Assembly (NCBI GenBank): GCA_040954595.2
Contig: CM082584.2
Span: 10,200,190-10,264,189, forward strand
From: Balanoglossus misakiensis
Lineage: Eukaryota; Animalia; Hemichordata
DNA: 64,000 nucleotides
Direction of reading: 5' to 3'
Shown here: positions 16,985 to 39,400 of the stretch, piece after piece
How positions within the stretch are numbered: position 1 is the stretch's first letter
Layout: the number at the start of each line of letters is the position of its first letter
The notes under the pieces: generated by a model
Databases searched by the model: none
The model's input: the letters and a program-made list of their open reading frames with translations, nothing else
Told to the model about the DNA's origin: nothing
Made by a program: the position numbers and the translations under genes

Positions 16985-17158
16985 GCCGCCATATTGGCTA
17001 AGGATGTGAAACCCTTTCTGATTGGGTTTACGTGGTAGAATTGTACCAATCAGAAGGAGTGTTATAAGTTACCGGTAATTACAGCGTCTCTCACCTCTCA
17101 CAAACAGCTGTTTCTCACATGTTCATCTGTGTGGTGAGGAGATAGCCGCTTTAGTACC
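16985..17158. promoter_or_regulatory. Compact bidirectional promoter between the SLC17-family gene and NRDC
   Basis: YY1-like GCCGCCATATT at 16985-16995; inverted CCAAT pair TTCTGATTGG (17016-17025) and CCAATCAGAA (17046-17055) around TACGTG; NRDC ATG at 17159. Confidence 0.55.
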
Positions 17159-24740
<7,582 letters not shown>

Positions 24741-25398
24741 TGTATGCATAATACATGGGGAAATATGTCTACCACATACATTTTGTATGAATGCAAAGAC
24801 TTACAACTGGAAATGTGCTTTTTTAAAGAAAGTGTCTTTACAAACTTTAAGCTTTTTAAAAGATTTCTGCCTCTATAAAGCGGAAATTTACACACAGATA
24901 CATCAAGTATACGGATGTTCTATGTTCATGGAAATTTTATTTTGGCTTTTTCACTGTAAACTGTTTTGTTGGGAGACAATACTGTATTTTCGCATATGCC
25001 AAGTTATTTAACAAACTTAGACTTTTTATCAACATACTAAAGTTGGTCAACAGTAATTAAATAATCATGATGCTGATACAAGATTGTTTATGTTTTAATA
25101 AATTTATTATTGCACCCAAGCTGTCATTAGTCAGTATGGTTATTTGAAAAACTTTGTGCAAAAACTTAGTACCCTTAACCCTGATAAAATGGTCCAATCT
25201 GCTCGTCTGTTGTGGAGTTCCTATTGGGTAATGTATTGCAGTGCAGCGCCCCCATGAGGCAAGGAACAAGTCTAAGAGCGGTACGACCAGAATGCCCGTT
25301 CATATAATGAGAGCAAAATTATATTTTACCTGCAAAACCTGCCTTAATCATCTATCCTGTTCAAAAGTATACTGCCAATACACATCTACATGAATGAC

Positions 25399-25441
25399 CA
25401 CACACACGCACACACACACATTACTTGAAAATCGCTTTATT
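25399..25441 (-). terminator. Candidate GLDC polyadenylation signal with downstream GU-rich element
   Basis: TTTATT at 25436-25441 (AATAAA on minus strand) followed on that strand by (TG)n at 25420-25399; implies a 3' UTR of about 2 kb. Confidence 0.45.
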
Positions 25442-27467
25442 CACATTTTCCTGAAGTCTGAAAATATAGACACTCTTTGACTAAAAGGATGAAACCCAAA
25501 TACATTATATGTATTGCCAATAGGATGGTGAAACGTAAAATTTATCAGTAACATTTCAGGTTTTTGAGAACACAGCAAGGCTGAATTCAGTTTTCAATTT
25601 CATATTACATATTTTCCACAGTTTATGTTTTCTGCAAGTTTTGCATGCGAGAACAGTCTTGTACGTTTAAAAATTAAAAACTTTTGTACACACATTTTAC
25701 GACCGAATACCCTCTCAAAAGACCAGGCTCATCATCAACTGCTTAAAAAACCACCATCCCAATGTGCTCAAAGTTATTGCCTACTGCGGCTTGTGTGCGT
25801 AGATTAATAAAGGTAGCATCAACACAACATTCACTTTCAAAAGCGTTTATATATACTTCTGTAATATAGATATAATCGTATAATCACACAAGTTTGAGGT
25901 TAGTTGATTGTATATTACAAAAGAAATACTCAGGCATAATTGCGAGACTGTAGAGTTGCCCAATAGTGCAATGGTGGAAATTCTGTACAATATCAACAAA
26001 TTTACGATGATGCGAAGTCTTAAATGAAACCTCTAATACACGTGTATAGTGACCTTTGGATGACAAGGACAATCAGAACGGAAATACCGATATCGTGGTT
26101 CTCTGCAGAGATTGCTGCACACAAACATGGAGACTGAGGACACATAGCAATTAAAAATAAAATCAATCAAGTAAATATCTGTCATCATGATCATCCAACG
26201 TCAGTAGGAATTTCACTCCTTCAATCTTGGGAAATAAATATTTGCACAGGCGGCTGACTTATGTATAAAGCGAGAGAAACTAGTATATCCTCCTCGTGTA
26301 CCAATCACTAATATATTCAAATACTACTTCAATATACACACTACTCCCTGCAGAATATCTTATAGATAATGAATTGAGATATTAAGAAGTCATTTTACAC
26401 AGACTAAAACTGACAATCAAATCTGAGAAACAAATCTTAAAATATACCTTAATCATCCCCAAAATGTAACACCTGTAAAGGCCTTGGGTCTCAACAACTT
26501 GGCTACAAATTTTCGTCTACTAAAATATCACTTGAGTGAACAGGAAAATTTTCATTGCCATCCCTTCCCACGATTTCTCTGTTTAAAACTACCCCCCATT
26601 TTGTCAGCTATCACACAAAAAATATAATGGAAGACTTGATGCAATCAATACTTTCCACTTGGTTTTGTTGCTTTTTGATTGAATTTCAATTTCTGACAGG
26701 TCACATGTCTGTGCAGTCAATTATGATTTTACCTTGTCCGTGTCACGGTCAAAAGTCAAAATGTTCCACAAACAATCCGTCTCTTTCAACTTCAACTTGG
26801 GGATAATATAATTCGCGAGTGAAACATGATTATGTGAAGTGAAATGTTAAACAGTGCCACTCAGCAAAAAAACACCTTTGATTTACTTTGACCTGGTGTA
26901 TCATGTAAGCAGTCACATTTGATACACTCTTTTTCCATTTGCAAAAACGTCTAATCTCAACCTTTTTCCTGCAATAAATACTGAATGAAAGGTTGGGTGT
27001 GTCAAGTACCAAAGCAATGGTTTTATTTCAACATCTGTGCAGATTGAAAAAAAAAATCACCAACTTTAAGCCAGATAACTTTGACTGTACCGTTTTTATG
27101 AAATATTTTCCCCAAACAGGTGAACTCAGAACTACATTGTTGCATGTACAACAATGAAATCCAAGGTGTCCAGTGTTACTGAATATACCCTAATCTTGTC
27201 ACGGGATCAAACTCCAAAACATCACTACTTTCTGCAGCAATAAATTTTTATCTTTCAAAAATAGCAACGTCCATGGTTCCTGTTGATGTCACACTGAGAA
27301 TTATCTAGAACAGCTACAAATGTATAGGCACTTAAGAATAGTCTTTGTTCAGATCCCAGCGGTTAATCAACCCCTCCCTCCTGGCAATCATAACCCCCCA
27401 ACCCTCCCCAAGTTCAAGTCCAACTGTACAAGTCCTATATCATCATCTAACTCTCCCTGCTGCCACC

Positions 27468-30400
27468 TCATGCAGCAATCTTCTCCTTGGGCAGGCTGTC
27501 TGTAAATGGCGATTCATAGGCTTCCATTGGTGGGCACGAACAGATCAGGTTCTGGTCGCCGTAGACATCGTCGATGCGGCCACAGGTCGGCCAGACTTTG
27601 TTGAACGGTGTCACGAATGCCTAAAAGGAAAAAAGACACAAAACGGGCATGTATGTAAACATCTGAACCACCAATGATATTTAAATTCTTTATCATATCA
27701 GCATGTGTCATTCATTGACACAACTGCACGTTTTGCACACAAAAATTTCCATCCATAAGTGGTGAGTGACTACACTTACTGCTGGGAAGGCTGCCTGTTC
27801 TCTGCTGTACGGTCTGTCCCATTCGGTTGCCGTAACAACCTCCATGGTATGTGGGGCGTGTTTCAGCGGGCTGTGTTTCACATCGATTCGTCCGTCTTCG
27901 ATGTCTCTGATTTCGTGTCTGATTTCTGAAATGTGATCATCATCAACATGGTTCAGAACCTTAATATTAACCTGAAATACGTCTTCATTTAAGCTCCACC
28001 CAGGATCAGGTAAACTTGACTTAAAAGGACATCAATCAGACAAATACTAGTACTCACGTATTAGTGCATCGCAGTATCGGTCTAACTCTGATTTGGCTTC
28101 GCTCTCAGTGGGTTCCATCATCAAAGTACCAATGACAGGCCACGACATGGTGGGAGCATGAAAACCTACAATGAAACAATTTTGGGTGTACATGTATTAA
28201 CGAGGTTACAACTCAAGTGAAACAAAGAGTAGGAGAGATGGACAACTTCTTACCAAAATCTTGCAATCTCTTGGCTATGTCCGCCACTTCAACACCACAT
28301 TTCTTGAATTCCCTTGGGTCAATGATGAATTCATGGGCAACGAAACCTGCGATTACAAAGGGTAGAAAAAAAAAAGACTTAGCATCACTTCTGCCTGTGA
28401 AAACTTTCCCAGAAAATACTCCAATTTACAGGCATATATCTGAAGAGGGCAGTATACTTACCATTCTTGCCCCTGTAAAGAGTCTTGTAATATCCGTCCA
28501 ATCGGGCACTCATGTAGTTGGCATTCAAGATGGCCGTCATTGAAGCATTCCGTAGTCCATCAGCACCCATCATCTGAAGTAAACAATTGAACATAAGAGT
28601 AGGTAAATTCTGGTGAATAATTTTAAGTTGCGTGTTCTTAACAGATGTAACAGCTGTAAAACTCGAGATACCAACACTCTTCTAACTGTACCATGCAAGA
28701 TAAACTTACCTTGATGTATGCCCATGAGATGGGTAGAATAGCGCTGGAACCCCAAGGTGCAGCACTGACCACACCAAACGGTGACGCGTCCGGACCTGAA
28801 GTTCCTCTAGGAGCTATGATTGGATGAGTTGGCAGGAATGGCGCCAGATGTTTCTTCCTGTATAAAATAGGGATATTAAAACCAGGTGTGATTTTTTTGC
28901 TGAAGTATTACATATACATCCACTAAGAAAGAGAAAGTATGATGTGAGTTGAGCTCTGCTTATCAGAGATTCATCATGTAACAAAGATATAATGTAAATA
29001 ACTTTCCTTACAAAATGAAAATAACCAAAATGACAGACAAAGTGTCTCATCTGAGAACACCTGCTCATGAGATAATTCTTAGCCAATGAGGTGCCACTTA
29101 CACTCCAATAGGCCCCATGCCAGGTCCACCACCGCCGTGGGGAATACAGAAAGTCTTGTGCAAATTCAAATGCGAGACATCAGAGCCGTAGTCACCGGGT
29201 CGACACAGACCAACTTGGGCGTTCATGTTAGCACCGTCGAGGTAGACTTGACCGCCAGCATCATGGATCATCTCGCATAGCTCTTTCACGTCTTCTTCGA
29301 AGACGCCACTTGTGGATGGATAGGTCAGCATGATGGCTGCAAGGTTGTCTCTGTGCTTGTCAACCTGTCAGTGCAAGTAAGAAGCAATGTGATTGGTCCA
29401 TTACAAGGCAATACAGAAACTTGCTGTCCCGATTGGCTGATCTCTTGGGCAATACTATTTACACATCAGTAGCATCCACAACTTTCCATCAATTCTTGTC
29501 GTCATTGATTTTGAAAATTAGCAACTGTTACCTAGCAATTTGAATCCTGTGATTTTTTCTTACAACTATGAAGACTTACTAATTTCTTGACATGGAGCAT
29601 GTTAATATTGCCACTCTTGTCCGAGTCCACAGGATGGATGTGCATACCACACATCTGAGCACTCGCAGGATTGGTACCATGTGCTGTTCTTGGGATCAAG
29701 CAGGCCTGGTGATAGACCCAAAATGACATTAAAACCTTTAATAAATTAAATAGCTAACAGTAAAGGGAACAGCTAAAAGGAAAGACGCCTTTAAGGTCTG
29801 TTGCAATTACAACCTTTCTTAATTACAACTGTACAAAGGCCTCACCTTTCTGTGATCTTGTCCGATGGAAGACAAGTACGCCATGATTGCTCTGAGACCC
29901 GCGTACTCTCCCTGAGCTCCACTGTTGGGTTGAAACGAAATTCTGTCATAACCCGTGATCTCGCACAGATCCTTGGCCAGCTGTTCGAACATCATCTGAT
30001 ATCCCTTGGCTTGCGATTCCGGCGCGAACGGATGGAGGTTGGTAAATTCCCTCCAGGTGACAGGCTGTGAATCACACAACAAAATCAAAATGGTCGGTTC
30101 CAAGCAAGATCTGGGACTCTTAAATTTCTTGCGTTTCACAGTTACTGCAGTATACATGATATAGTCCTCTACATCTTATTTTTACGGGGGAAGCCTATAA
30201 TTCTCTCACCTCCATTTCGGTTGTGCTGTTCAACTTCATTGTGCAAGAGCCGAGCGGAATCATAGAATGCACCAAAGAGACATCCTTGTTTTCTAAGATT
30301 TTCATGTATCTGACAATCTGTGACTCGGAGTGGTGTCTGGCGAGAGAATAAAAACACAATGAAATGAAATCGAAAGATCATGGCCAATCTACCAAAATTA

Positions 30401-33400
30401 CTCATCTGTGCAGAGAATATATAAAAGCGTGAAAACATCACAGAAATTAGTTACATTTTATTTACATGTAATATCACATCTTAGAGCACCGTAAACTGTC
30501 ACTTACGTGTTAAAGATAGGATGAGTAAGATATTCCGTTGTTCTTTTGAATGGACTTTTCAGAATGCTCCCTTTCGGAACGTCTCCAATGCTCTCCGCTA
30601 TCATTGCCTGGAATCAGTAACCACGGTGACAGCATGTCAGCCATGAACAAAAAATGGAAACACCTCTCTGTGGTTTGAGAATTTCTTTGTGGGCCGCAAG
30701 ATTCATGTCACTGATTCTGAATATGCTACGATACTCAATTTCTCATCACTATAGCAACCAGATTTGCCTGCAGAGACTGGCAGAGAAGTAGAGAACAGCT
30801 CCAACAATGAAAAGCATGTAGATCAGTTGACCATGAATTCAAATCTTGTATTTATATTTTTGAAAACAAAATGTCGAACTCAAATTACACCATATCCCTG
30901 TCTCTGTAATTTGTAATTTTAGAAGACGAATCAAGATCATTTTTGATGCTGCAGGATGTATCATTCTTCACTCACGCAAGATTCAGAATCACCAGTTGGC
31001 TCAATTACTACACAGGGAGTTTGCAGCATGATATATGGGTCCAATCATCCATGAAGTCAGCTGCAGACCTGTTTGGCAGACTGGCTGTGATCCTTTCTAA
31101 GCAATCTCCAAGCTGATCATTTCCCTTATTTATCTATGTACACTATACCCATGTTTAGATTTTGAAAATAAATATGAACAGAACACCTACTGCGGTAGAA
31201 GAAGATCCAAATATGTACAGCAAATCATCTAAGTCTTCTTCCTTCACTGTCTCATCCAGTGAGACACCGATCTGAAAAATGGGACAATTCAAGAAAATAT
31301 ATACTTGATGGAATTGCCAAAAAAAAACCTTGCATAATGTATTTGAAATCAGGAGGAGAATATAATGCCAGCCTAGTGTCTACATGTATCTTTCACCTTT
31401 TTATGTATGGTCTCACGCATCTATAGATGGAAGTCTATAATGTTTTCTAGTATCACAGCTCTCAATGTGTGAACGAAAGACTGCATTTGCAGAAAGTAGT
31501 TACTTGTCGATGCACTGTTAAATGTCACATTTGAATAAGATGATAGTAACAGCGTTGGAACGAAGTCGGTCTTAACGACCGCTTCACGCGAGGTATGAAG
31601 ACATAGACTTACTGCACCATCGTCGTATTGCCTCAAATTGACTTGTTTGTGGGCAGCTCTGTCCAACACATCATCCCTGCTGCTTCCACAGTTGACTTTA
31701 AGAGTGTCGAAGAAGACCTCATTCTCGATGATATGGCCTGCTCTCTGCACGCCTACATTAACGCAAAAACAAACAAACACATTTGTGAATGGAAGGCTAT
31801 TGAGTATTTATATATTTGATATATTTTAAGCATTCCCTATGTTACTTTAAATGACCTGCAGAAGAACACCCAGTCACCTGAAACTGAAAACAGGTGTGAA
31901 GTACATTTGGATCTGGATATTCCTGAATACAGGTGGCTGAGTTTTTCAAGAGTCAACTGGAATTCGTGATTACGTGCTTCACTCATTTCCATGTGTTTGC
32001 TGTGTACAGCTTGTTACTCGCCAGTTCACTTGACCTCACACGAACTGCACTACGCAGGAAAAAAATGTAATGCTTCACTACTGTCTGAGGCTTATGAAAA
32101 CATTAATATTACATATACCAAAAATCCTGTAAGCTTAAAAAAGGGGAGCCGCTAATGGGGTCTGTGTAATATCTCATGTGAGACAGGCTGAATTTCCCTG
32201 GGGACGGGATTATCCGACTACTGGAACAAACGAGAGTTACAGTGCAGCTAGACAAACTTCTACCTCCAGGGACATTGTCAACTCTAACCTGCATTGTCTG
32301 TAGATATTATCTTGAATACACACGCACTGGTTTGGTTATCAAACTATAATGATTTGTATGGTGGATTACTTTCAAAGAGTGACATGATTATAGCAGAGTT
32401 TTCCAAATTTTTATTTTATCAGACATGGAATGTCAAAGGTCACAGGTGTTTTTGAATACAGAAGTGTCTATAGAGCCAGCTTTATGCACATTGTTTCATT
32501 ATTTCACAGCATTTCCATCATATCTCCAGAATTAAATAAAAACTGACAGCTAGGACAATATCCCATATTTTTATTACACACAAGGGACGGGGATCTCAGA
32601 CTTTAATGTTGCTGATACCCTGAGAGCATCATCAATATTACGCTCAGACAATAAAACCTCCTTTGCAGGCTTTCACGCTTTGTCTATTAAATTTATTACA
32701 CTGTCTACATGCAATTTCAGTGCTTCTCCATGTCTACCTAATATCACCTTTTGCTGCATCATGTGACTGACTCAGCCAATCACAGCACTGAATATCATGA
32801 ACAAGATGCATATTGGGTCCTTGCATTAATGGCACATATACATGCCAAATTAAATGTGTCTGTGTATCCTAAGCTATTTGACTACAGAAAAGCGGTTTGC
32901 AACATAGATTATTGCACCATGACCAAACTAAAATTTACCTTGTGCCAAGATGTGTGTCCCATGATGCACTCTGGTTGCCAAGTGTTTCAGTCCCTTAGGT
33001 CCATGGTAAACAGCGAACATGGCGGCGATATTTGCAAGAAGTGCCTGTCAATAGTGGAAGAAGAAGAAAAAAGTCAAACTTCTTCCCTCAGCAGTCAATT
33101 CTTAAAGCTCCAACATTAGAGCTGTTTTAATTTAGATCCCCCCTCACTATCTGGTAGTTCTAAGACAAGGTAGCCAAGGTCCAATGTGACAGACGCTGGA
33201 TTCTTCTGTTGCATGATTTCAGATCTTACAACAGCACCAAAGTGTATCAACCCTGAACTCACCTGAGCAGTACAGATATTACTGGTAGCTTTGTCTCGTC
33301 TGATGTGCTGTTCTCTGGTTTGCAAGGCCAGTCGGAAACATTCATTGCCCGATGAATCTCTGTAAGACATCAAAAACACGTTCAGAATTAGAAATATCTT

Positions 33401-36400
33401 GAATTATAGTTGTTCTAGACTTTTCTGTTAATATATCCTACAGCATTAATTTTTTAGTAAAGTTTACAGAAATACTATGGCTGTACACAATCAATTTTGA
33501 CTCAATTTTTTTTCCCCTGCTCAAGCACGTCATCATGCATATACAAATGACACATTTTTGATGACCACCAGGGATTTCCATCCATTATCCAATTCTACTC
33601 CGAAAGGTTTCCACATTATTTCTGGATCGCGTTTGTAGATTTAAGACGCCATTAAGAAAATTACTGCACTTCTGTAAATGTCTTGTTAAAAGAAAAATAC
33701 TTGTGTATGTGACAAGCAAATTACTCACAATGATTTAAGTACTGGTTGAAATAATTACGCACACAGTTGTTAGAATTGCCTTTGTGCCTAAACAGGCCCT
33801 TTTTTCTTCAGTACATGTGATTTCACAAAAGCAGAGTGGTGTGGTCTCAATTAGGAACAAACACGTCATTAAGAAATTAAATTCTACTCACGCCAATTTT
33901 AGACGTGCTATTTTTTAAATGACTGACAAAACGTTGAAGCAGCCGCAATGACGGAAATACATTTATCAAAATGAACCAGCAAGTGACGGGAGTCTTGACA
34001 ATTTACCAGCATCTTTTCTGATTTATAATTTTGACTGCACACTGACTTGGTGCCCCACTCAAAATATGAGCTACCTTTCCAGACAGAACAGAGAGCAGGC
34101 ATTCAAATCTCAACATCAAACACCACCTGGGCACTACACTGCATTGAAGACCTGTCACCTCCTGTAACAAACTATCAAAGCCACTCATTCAATTTGTCGC
34201 CAGAGAGAGCCTATAAATGATGAGGGCCTACTGAGGTCGTGCACTTTTAACATCGTTTTGACAACTTGTGTCGGCAACGGTGGAGGATGAAAATTGCCAA
34301 TTACACACCAAAAGCCTGCGTTTTTGCATGATTCAGCAGGTTCCATTCAGTTGCATGTAATTCCAGCAATAAGCATGGTAGTACAACAGTAAAAGATTAC
34401 AATCGCACGATCTCCACTATATTGAAATTGTTTGTTCATAATTAGATGAACAAACAATTTCAATATAGTGAAGCTCACCCACACGATGGGAACAAGCATA
34501 TAATGTTTATATATTCATTTGCTTCTATGCATCAACTCAGACACAACCAACCACACACTGTACCAACGTATTGTTCATGTAGTATCTGACTCATCAAACC
34601 CATCTAGCGTGAACACGCACAATATTATCAATTTGCAAGTTCATCAATTCCATCTGACACCAATCAATTCATCCCGACTAGCTGGCAATTACTTCTCAAG
34701 GACTGTTCCTTCTCTCAGGGGGTTCTGAGACGTGTCTGAGCTCTCATGGGTGATCTAGTCAGCCATAAATAAAGAGTGATGACAAATGTCAACCTATCCC
34801 CTTATCATCTACTCAGTTCTTGCATGTGTATGTGCAATGATCAACCTATGTAACAGTGAAATTCATGTAACTGAATCAAATTTTTTGTATTAATATTGGT
34901 GTACTTTCAAATGCACGCTGTATAGCACAGAATCCCGTGACTTCAAAAATGACATTGACGTCTTCAGTCCCATGACCTCCTAATTACTCTCCAAAAACCA
35001 ACATTATCATTCTACTTCAAAGAAGAACCGTCACAAAATTGACAAGATAACAATTGGCATTGGGAGGATTCATCTGAGGATTCCATCCAGCACACTGCAT
35101 TATTAATTTGCTTGATTGCAAACATCCCTTCCCTGAAAAAATAATCAATATTTCTCCAGGCATTATTGATTTCATGCTCTGTTGATATTCAATGGGCATC
35201 CTTGTATAAACTCTATGGCTTTGCCACTACGTGCGAGTGAATTTATCTATGCACTCTCTGTTTTCTTTTCTTCAATTCAAAGTTGTAAATAAATTATTTC
35301 AACAGCTGCAAAGTGTAGAAATGTGAGACGATCGAATAAAAATGGCAGCTGAATTTGAATTCACGCCAAAAACCACCACACTTAAAAATTCAGAGAAAAG
35401 ATGTCCTCAGTTTTGTTTTACCATTTTCCCCATTCCATTTAATATTTATATCAAACTTTCCTTTTCAAGTTTATTATTTCTATGTCAAGGGCACCTGCAC
35501 CTTTTAAAAAGTCGTGGCAGTAAATATTGCATCAGCACTACGCAAGGGTTATTCACATCACATCTTTGCTTCTCACAAAACGCTTTGAAAGCCGACAACA
35601 GAAATGCCAGCTGAAATATCGTGTACTACTTATCCAACGGTTTCAGAATTGAAATTCAAACCACTTTCTGTGAAACCGAAATTGAAATTCGTCAATCGTG
35701 ACAAGCGTTTGGTGAATACTCTACGTTTGTCTTCATGATCTTGAAATCGGGCAATGAATAGAGAAGCGAAGCCAGGGGATTGAAATGTCCTTGTCAGGAT
35801 AGTGAAATTAAATAGCTGTACTGTTTGAATTTCTCATTCATCTCATCTATTGTGGAGATCTTCTGCACATACATGGCGTTTTATGAAGAGACATCAAGTC
35901 AAATTGACAAAGCAACCAATTTAATAATGTCCAACACAAATTAACCTTATTCATTCTGAAGGCTATTCATCTCTACAAAGAAAGTCAATTTGTGTGACTT
36001 ACTGATCAGATGTCAAATATGCAAGTCCTGGCGTGGTTTTCACCACAAATAAAGCATACAAAAAAATCGCGTCAAGGACACGGTGGTCCCATTGAGTGAT
36101 TACACAAGAAAAAGTCAACACCGAAGTACATGGCCATATACAGACAGACAGAGACACACACACACATAGCGAGAGGTCAATGGGCAAACACTGACTGACC
36201 CATAAGCTGCCAATGGCACATGTACTGTACATACACTAAATAGAACAGCTGGCCTCTTTAAAACTTAGCCAGTTATGTAATCATTCAGGAATTTGCTGTG
36301 TTTATATGAATCACAGAGGGGAGTTCCTGCCTAATTAAAACAACTCAATAAAGTAAATACACACCACTTTGCAAAGCAATCTGACCAGTAGTTCTTGAGT

Positions 36401-39400
36401 TACATCCATCCATCCATACAGACGCAACCGATCCCATTGTTGTTGGGTCCCATTGGTATGTAAATTGGGACCCAACAACAATCTAATATCGGACTGTCAA
36501 CACAGAGATCTGATGGGATGATGAATGCCAAGATGAACTGTATGGCTCTCAAATCACAGCAAAAAAGGCGATACAAAAGCTTGGGGTGTGTTGCACTGAC
36601 CTGCGTTAACAGATCCCGTGAGGAGTACGGTGCCCAGAGTGCTAACACATCCCCAATACGAACTCATGGACACAAACTATTTACATTTCTAGGTCCAAAA
36701 CTTTAACTACAGTGAGACAAAACTGTTAGGCTTTTCTCATATTTAAATCAAGTATTGAAATGCAAAATAAAGTGTTAAAATGCAAATTAAGACCGACAGG
36801 AGTGGTTCTTCTTTTCTCCAATGAAGTTCAACTTTGCTCAATGGGCAAACACTGACTGACCCATAAGCTGCCAATGGCATATGTACTGTACATACACTAA
36901 ATAGAACAGCTGGCCAAAAACAACATGTCAAAAGCCCATAGATACCAGACACGCACATTAACATATTACATTGTTCTTCAAAATTAGTTTCCATTGTTTT
37001 CTAAATAAAAAAGTGGAAGTGAACTTGCTGTAACCTGCCCTTGGTATATCCAATTATGTAGTCAAAGGAAGGAAGTGCCATTGAAATTATCATGTCCACC
37101 ATATTGTCTTCCTCCCTTTGTCATGTTCATAATAACAGTCACACATCAAACATTCATGTTGATCATTTGTCACTGCCTTTGTACACCTGGAATGTTTCCT
37201 GTTTACACCTTTCCAACTGTACAGCCGGTCTGAGTGTCCATAACAACAGGAAGTGATGATGTCCGACATGTCGACCACGCCAGACTCATGCCGAATTCAC
37301 ATGTTCATAGCATGACAGTAATCAACATTTAGTCTCTCAGTCCACAATTAAGGCACATTGGATGATATGAATGTACATCAGTTTTTTTTTTTTTTCCCTT
37401 CTGCTATAAAAGCAAAGTGAGATCCACAACAAATTTTAACACAAATCCACTGTTGTAATGCCCACTAACACTAAATTGCAATACGTGCCACAACTCTTAC
37501 CTGGTTACGCCAACCATACGTCCTGGGATCAATCTCTTCAAATTGTCCTTGACAGCAAAGAAACCGGCGTGTGGGCCACCGTAGTTGAGTGGCACACCGA
37601 ACCTCTGGCTGCTTCCCAGCGCGATGTCCACACCAAATTCGCCAGGTGGTCTGAGGATGGTCAGAGCCAATAGATCGGTGGCACACACTGCCAATGCCTG
37701 CCAAGAAAAAAAGATCACATACATGTATATTGGATTTTAATTTTAGACTGCCCGACTGCAATCAGATTTCAGTCATGTGCACTGAACATCAAACAGATCT
37801 CCGGTACATCCAGATAGCTTTTAATGAAAAAACATAGAGTAGCTCGGTTTGCCAAGTACTTCTTGTTGCCAGAGGCAATAGACAGGTGATTACTCAGAGA
37901 AAGTATATGTACGAAATCAATAAGTTTCCGAGGTGGAGTGTTTTCATTCGGAGTCTTCCTTATTCAAGTGTTAGCTGATATTACACCCATCAGGTAATTC
38001 AACCTGCAATACAACAGTCTGGAAATTTTTCCACTGACTCTTGGAGTTCAGGCAGCATGCGCCTCTTTAATATAGTAAAGAACTGAAAGGTATCAAGGAC
38101 TTTCATCTTTTTAAAAATCTGTTCCCTTGGCACATACTGGCAGCGTAATTCAGAAAACAGCCTCTAACTATTTTAATCCAAATCTGAACGACTGCTCAGA
38201 ACTTGTTTAACACACGTCAGCAACCTTTCAAAATATCAGAGGTGACAGGCCAGCACCTGATATGTACAACGTCCATCTCCCTCGTCCATTTAATTTCCTC
38301 AGATAAAATCTCTCAGATTCAGCTGCTCGCCTTGGTTACATCAATCGATGTTCATCTCTTCCTCCTTGATTTGCTCAGACGTGCTGATCCAGGTTTTTGA
38401 CATGCAACTCAGCACCTGCTACGACTTCAGAACAACTAAACTGACATGGCCTGTTTTCATCCCAGTAGACTAGTGTTGTCTCCGCCAAAATGACATTTCA
38501 TCGATCGACACCCATGCACTGTTATTTATCAACACGAGTTTCAGCGATAAACCAGCTGCATGACAACACCTGAATTGTGTGATCTACAAATAGTTCTGAA
38601 TAAATCATACTGATGTACAAAATCACAAACACCCAGCAAAAACCACCACCTGAGGGTTAATATACTGCTGGCTGTGAAAATATCAGCTCAACATAATATC
38701 ATAAATTTTCCCCATATGAAAGGGATTATTGATTCTGTAGCTGTCTAAATTATCTTTTCCACATGAAAAAATATAGGCCTATGCAACAAATTTTTGAAAA
38801 AAGCACACTTCAATGTTTGCATTTTCGTATAGCCTTCATCTGCAGACAGCATTTAAGTCATCATTTTCTAAGATTACAGTCAGTTTCTGACTGTCATCAA
38901 AGTTGTAGCATAACCTTACTTAATCCCGACCACCTGACAACCCATGTTACTATTCAACTCACATTTATGAGTGAACCCACATCTGACCTGTGACATGCCA
39001 ATTCACTGTATCATTGCTCATCCAACCTCCTTCCTATCAATCCTGCATATGACGTGAATACAAAAATCGTAGAAGATATTTTCTACTAATTCATTATACA
39101 GGAATAAAGGGCATAGAGAGGTTTAACTTTAAGCAACATTTCTATCTCAAAATGATCAAATATTCCCCAACTGCTGAAACACCTAACGTTCCCAACCAAA
39201 ATGAGCAAATCCGGATTTATTAAACGACACAGGGCAAAATGCCAGCTAGCTCTGACCTTTATTTCAAGAAAAACCTCGGGTTAATGCAATTAAAAATTTA
39301 GTAACTGCTACGTGATCAGCTCACAAAGGAAATCCCAACATTTCCCTTGCATTACCTTGGCTGTGCTATTTATAAATGCTGAAGGAATGGTAACCTAGCA

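Noticed and set aside
31070-31092. Minus-strand ATCACAGCCAG resembling miR-2
   Set aside because: No precursor hairpin and the 3' half does not match.
32109-32294. Possible cassette/poison exon in a GLDC intron
   Set aside because: Splice signals are weak, the peptide is not GLDC-like, and the flanking exons already join in frame.
34741-34761. Minus-strand TGACTAGATC resembling the miR-279 5' end
   Set aside because: No complementary arm nearby; similarity limited to about 10 nt.
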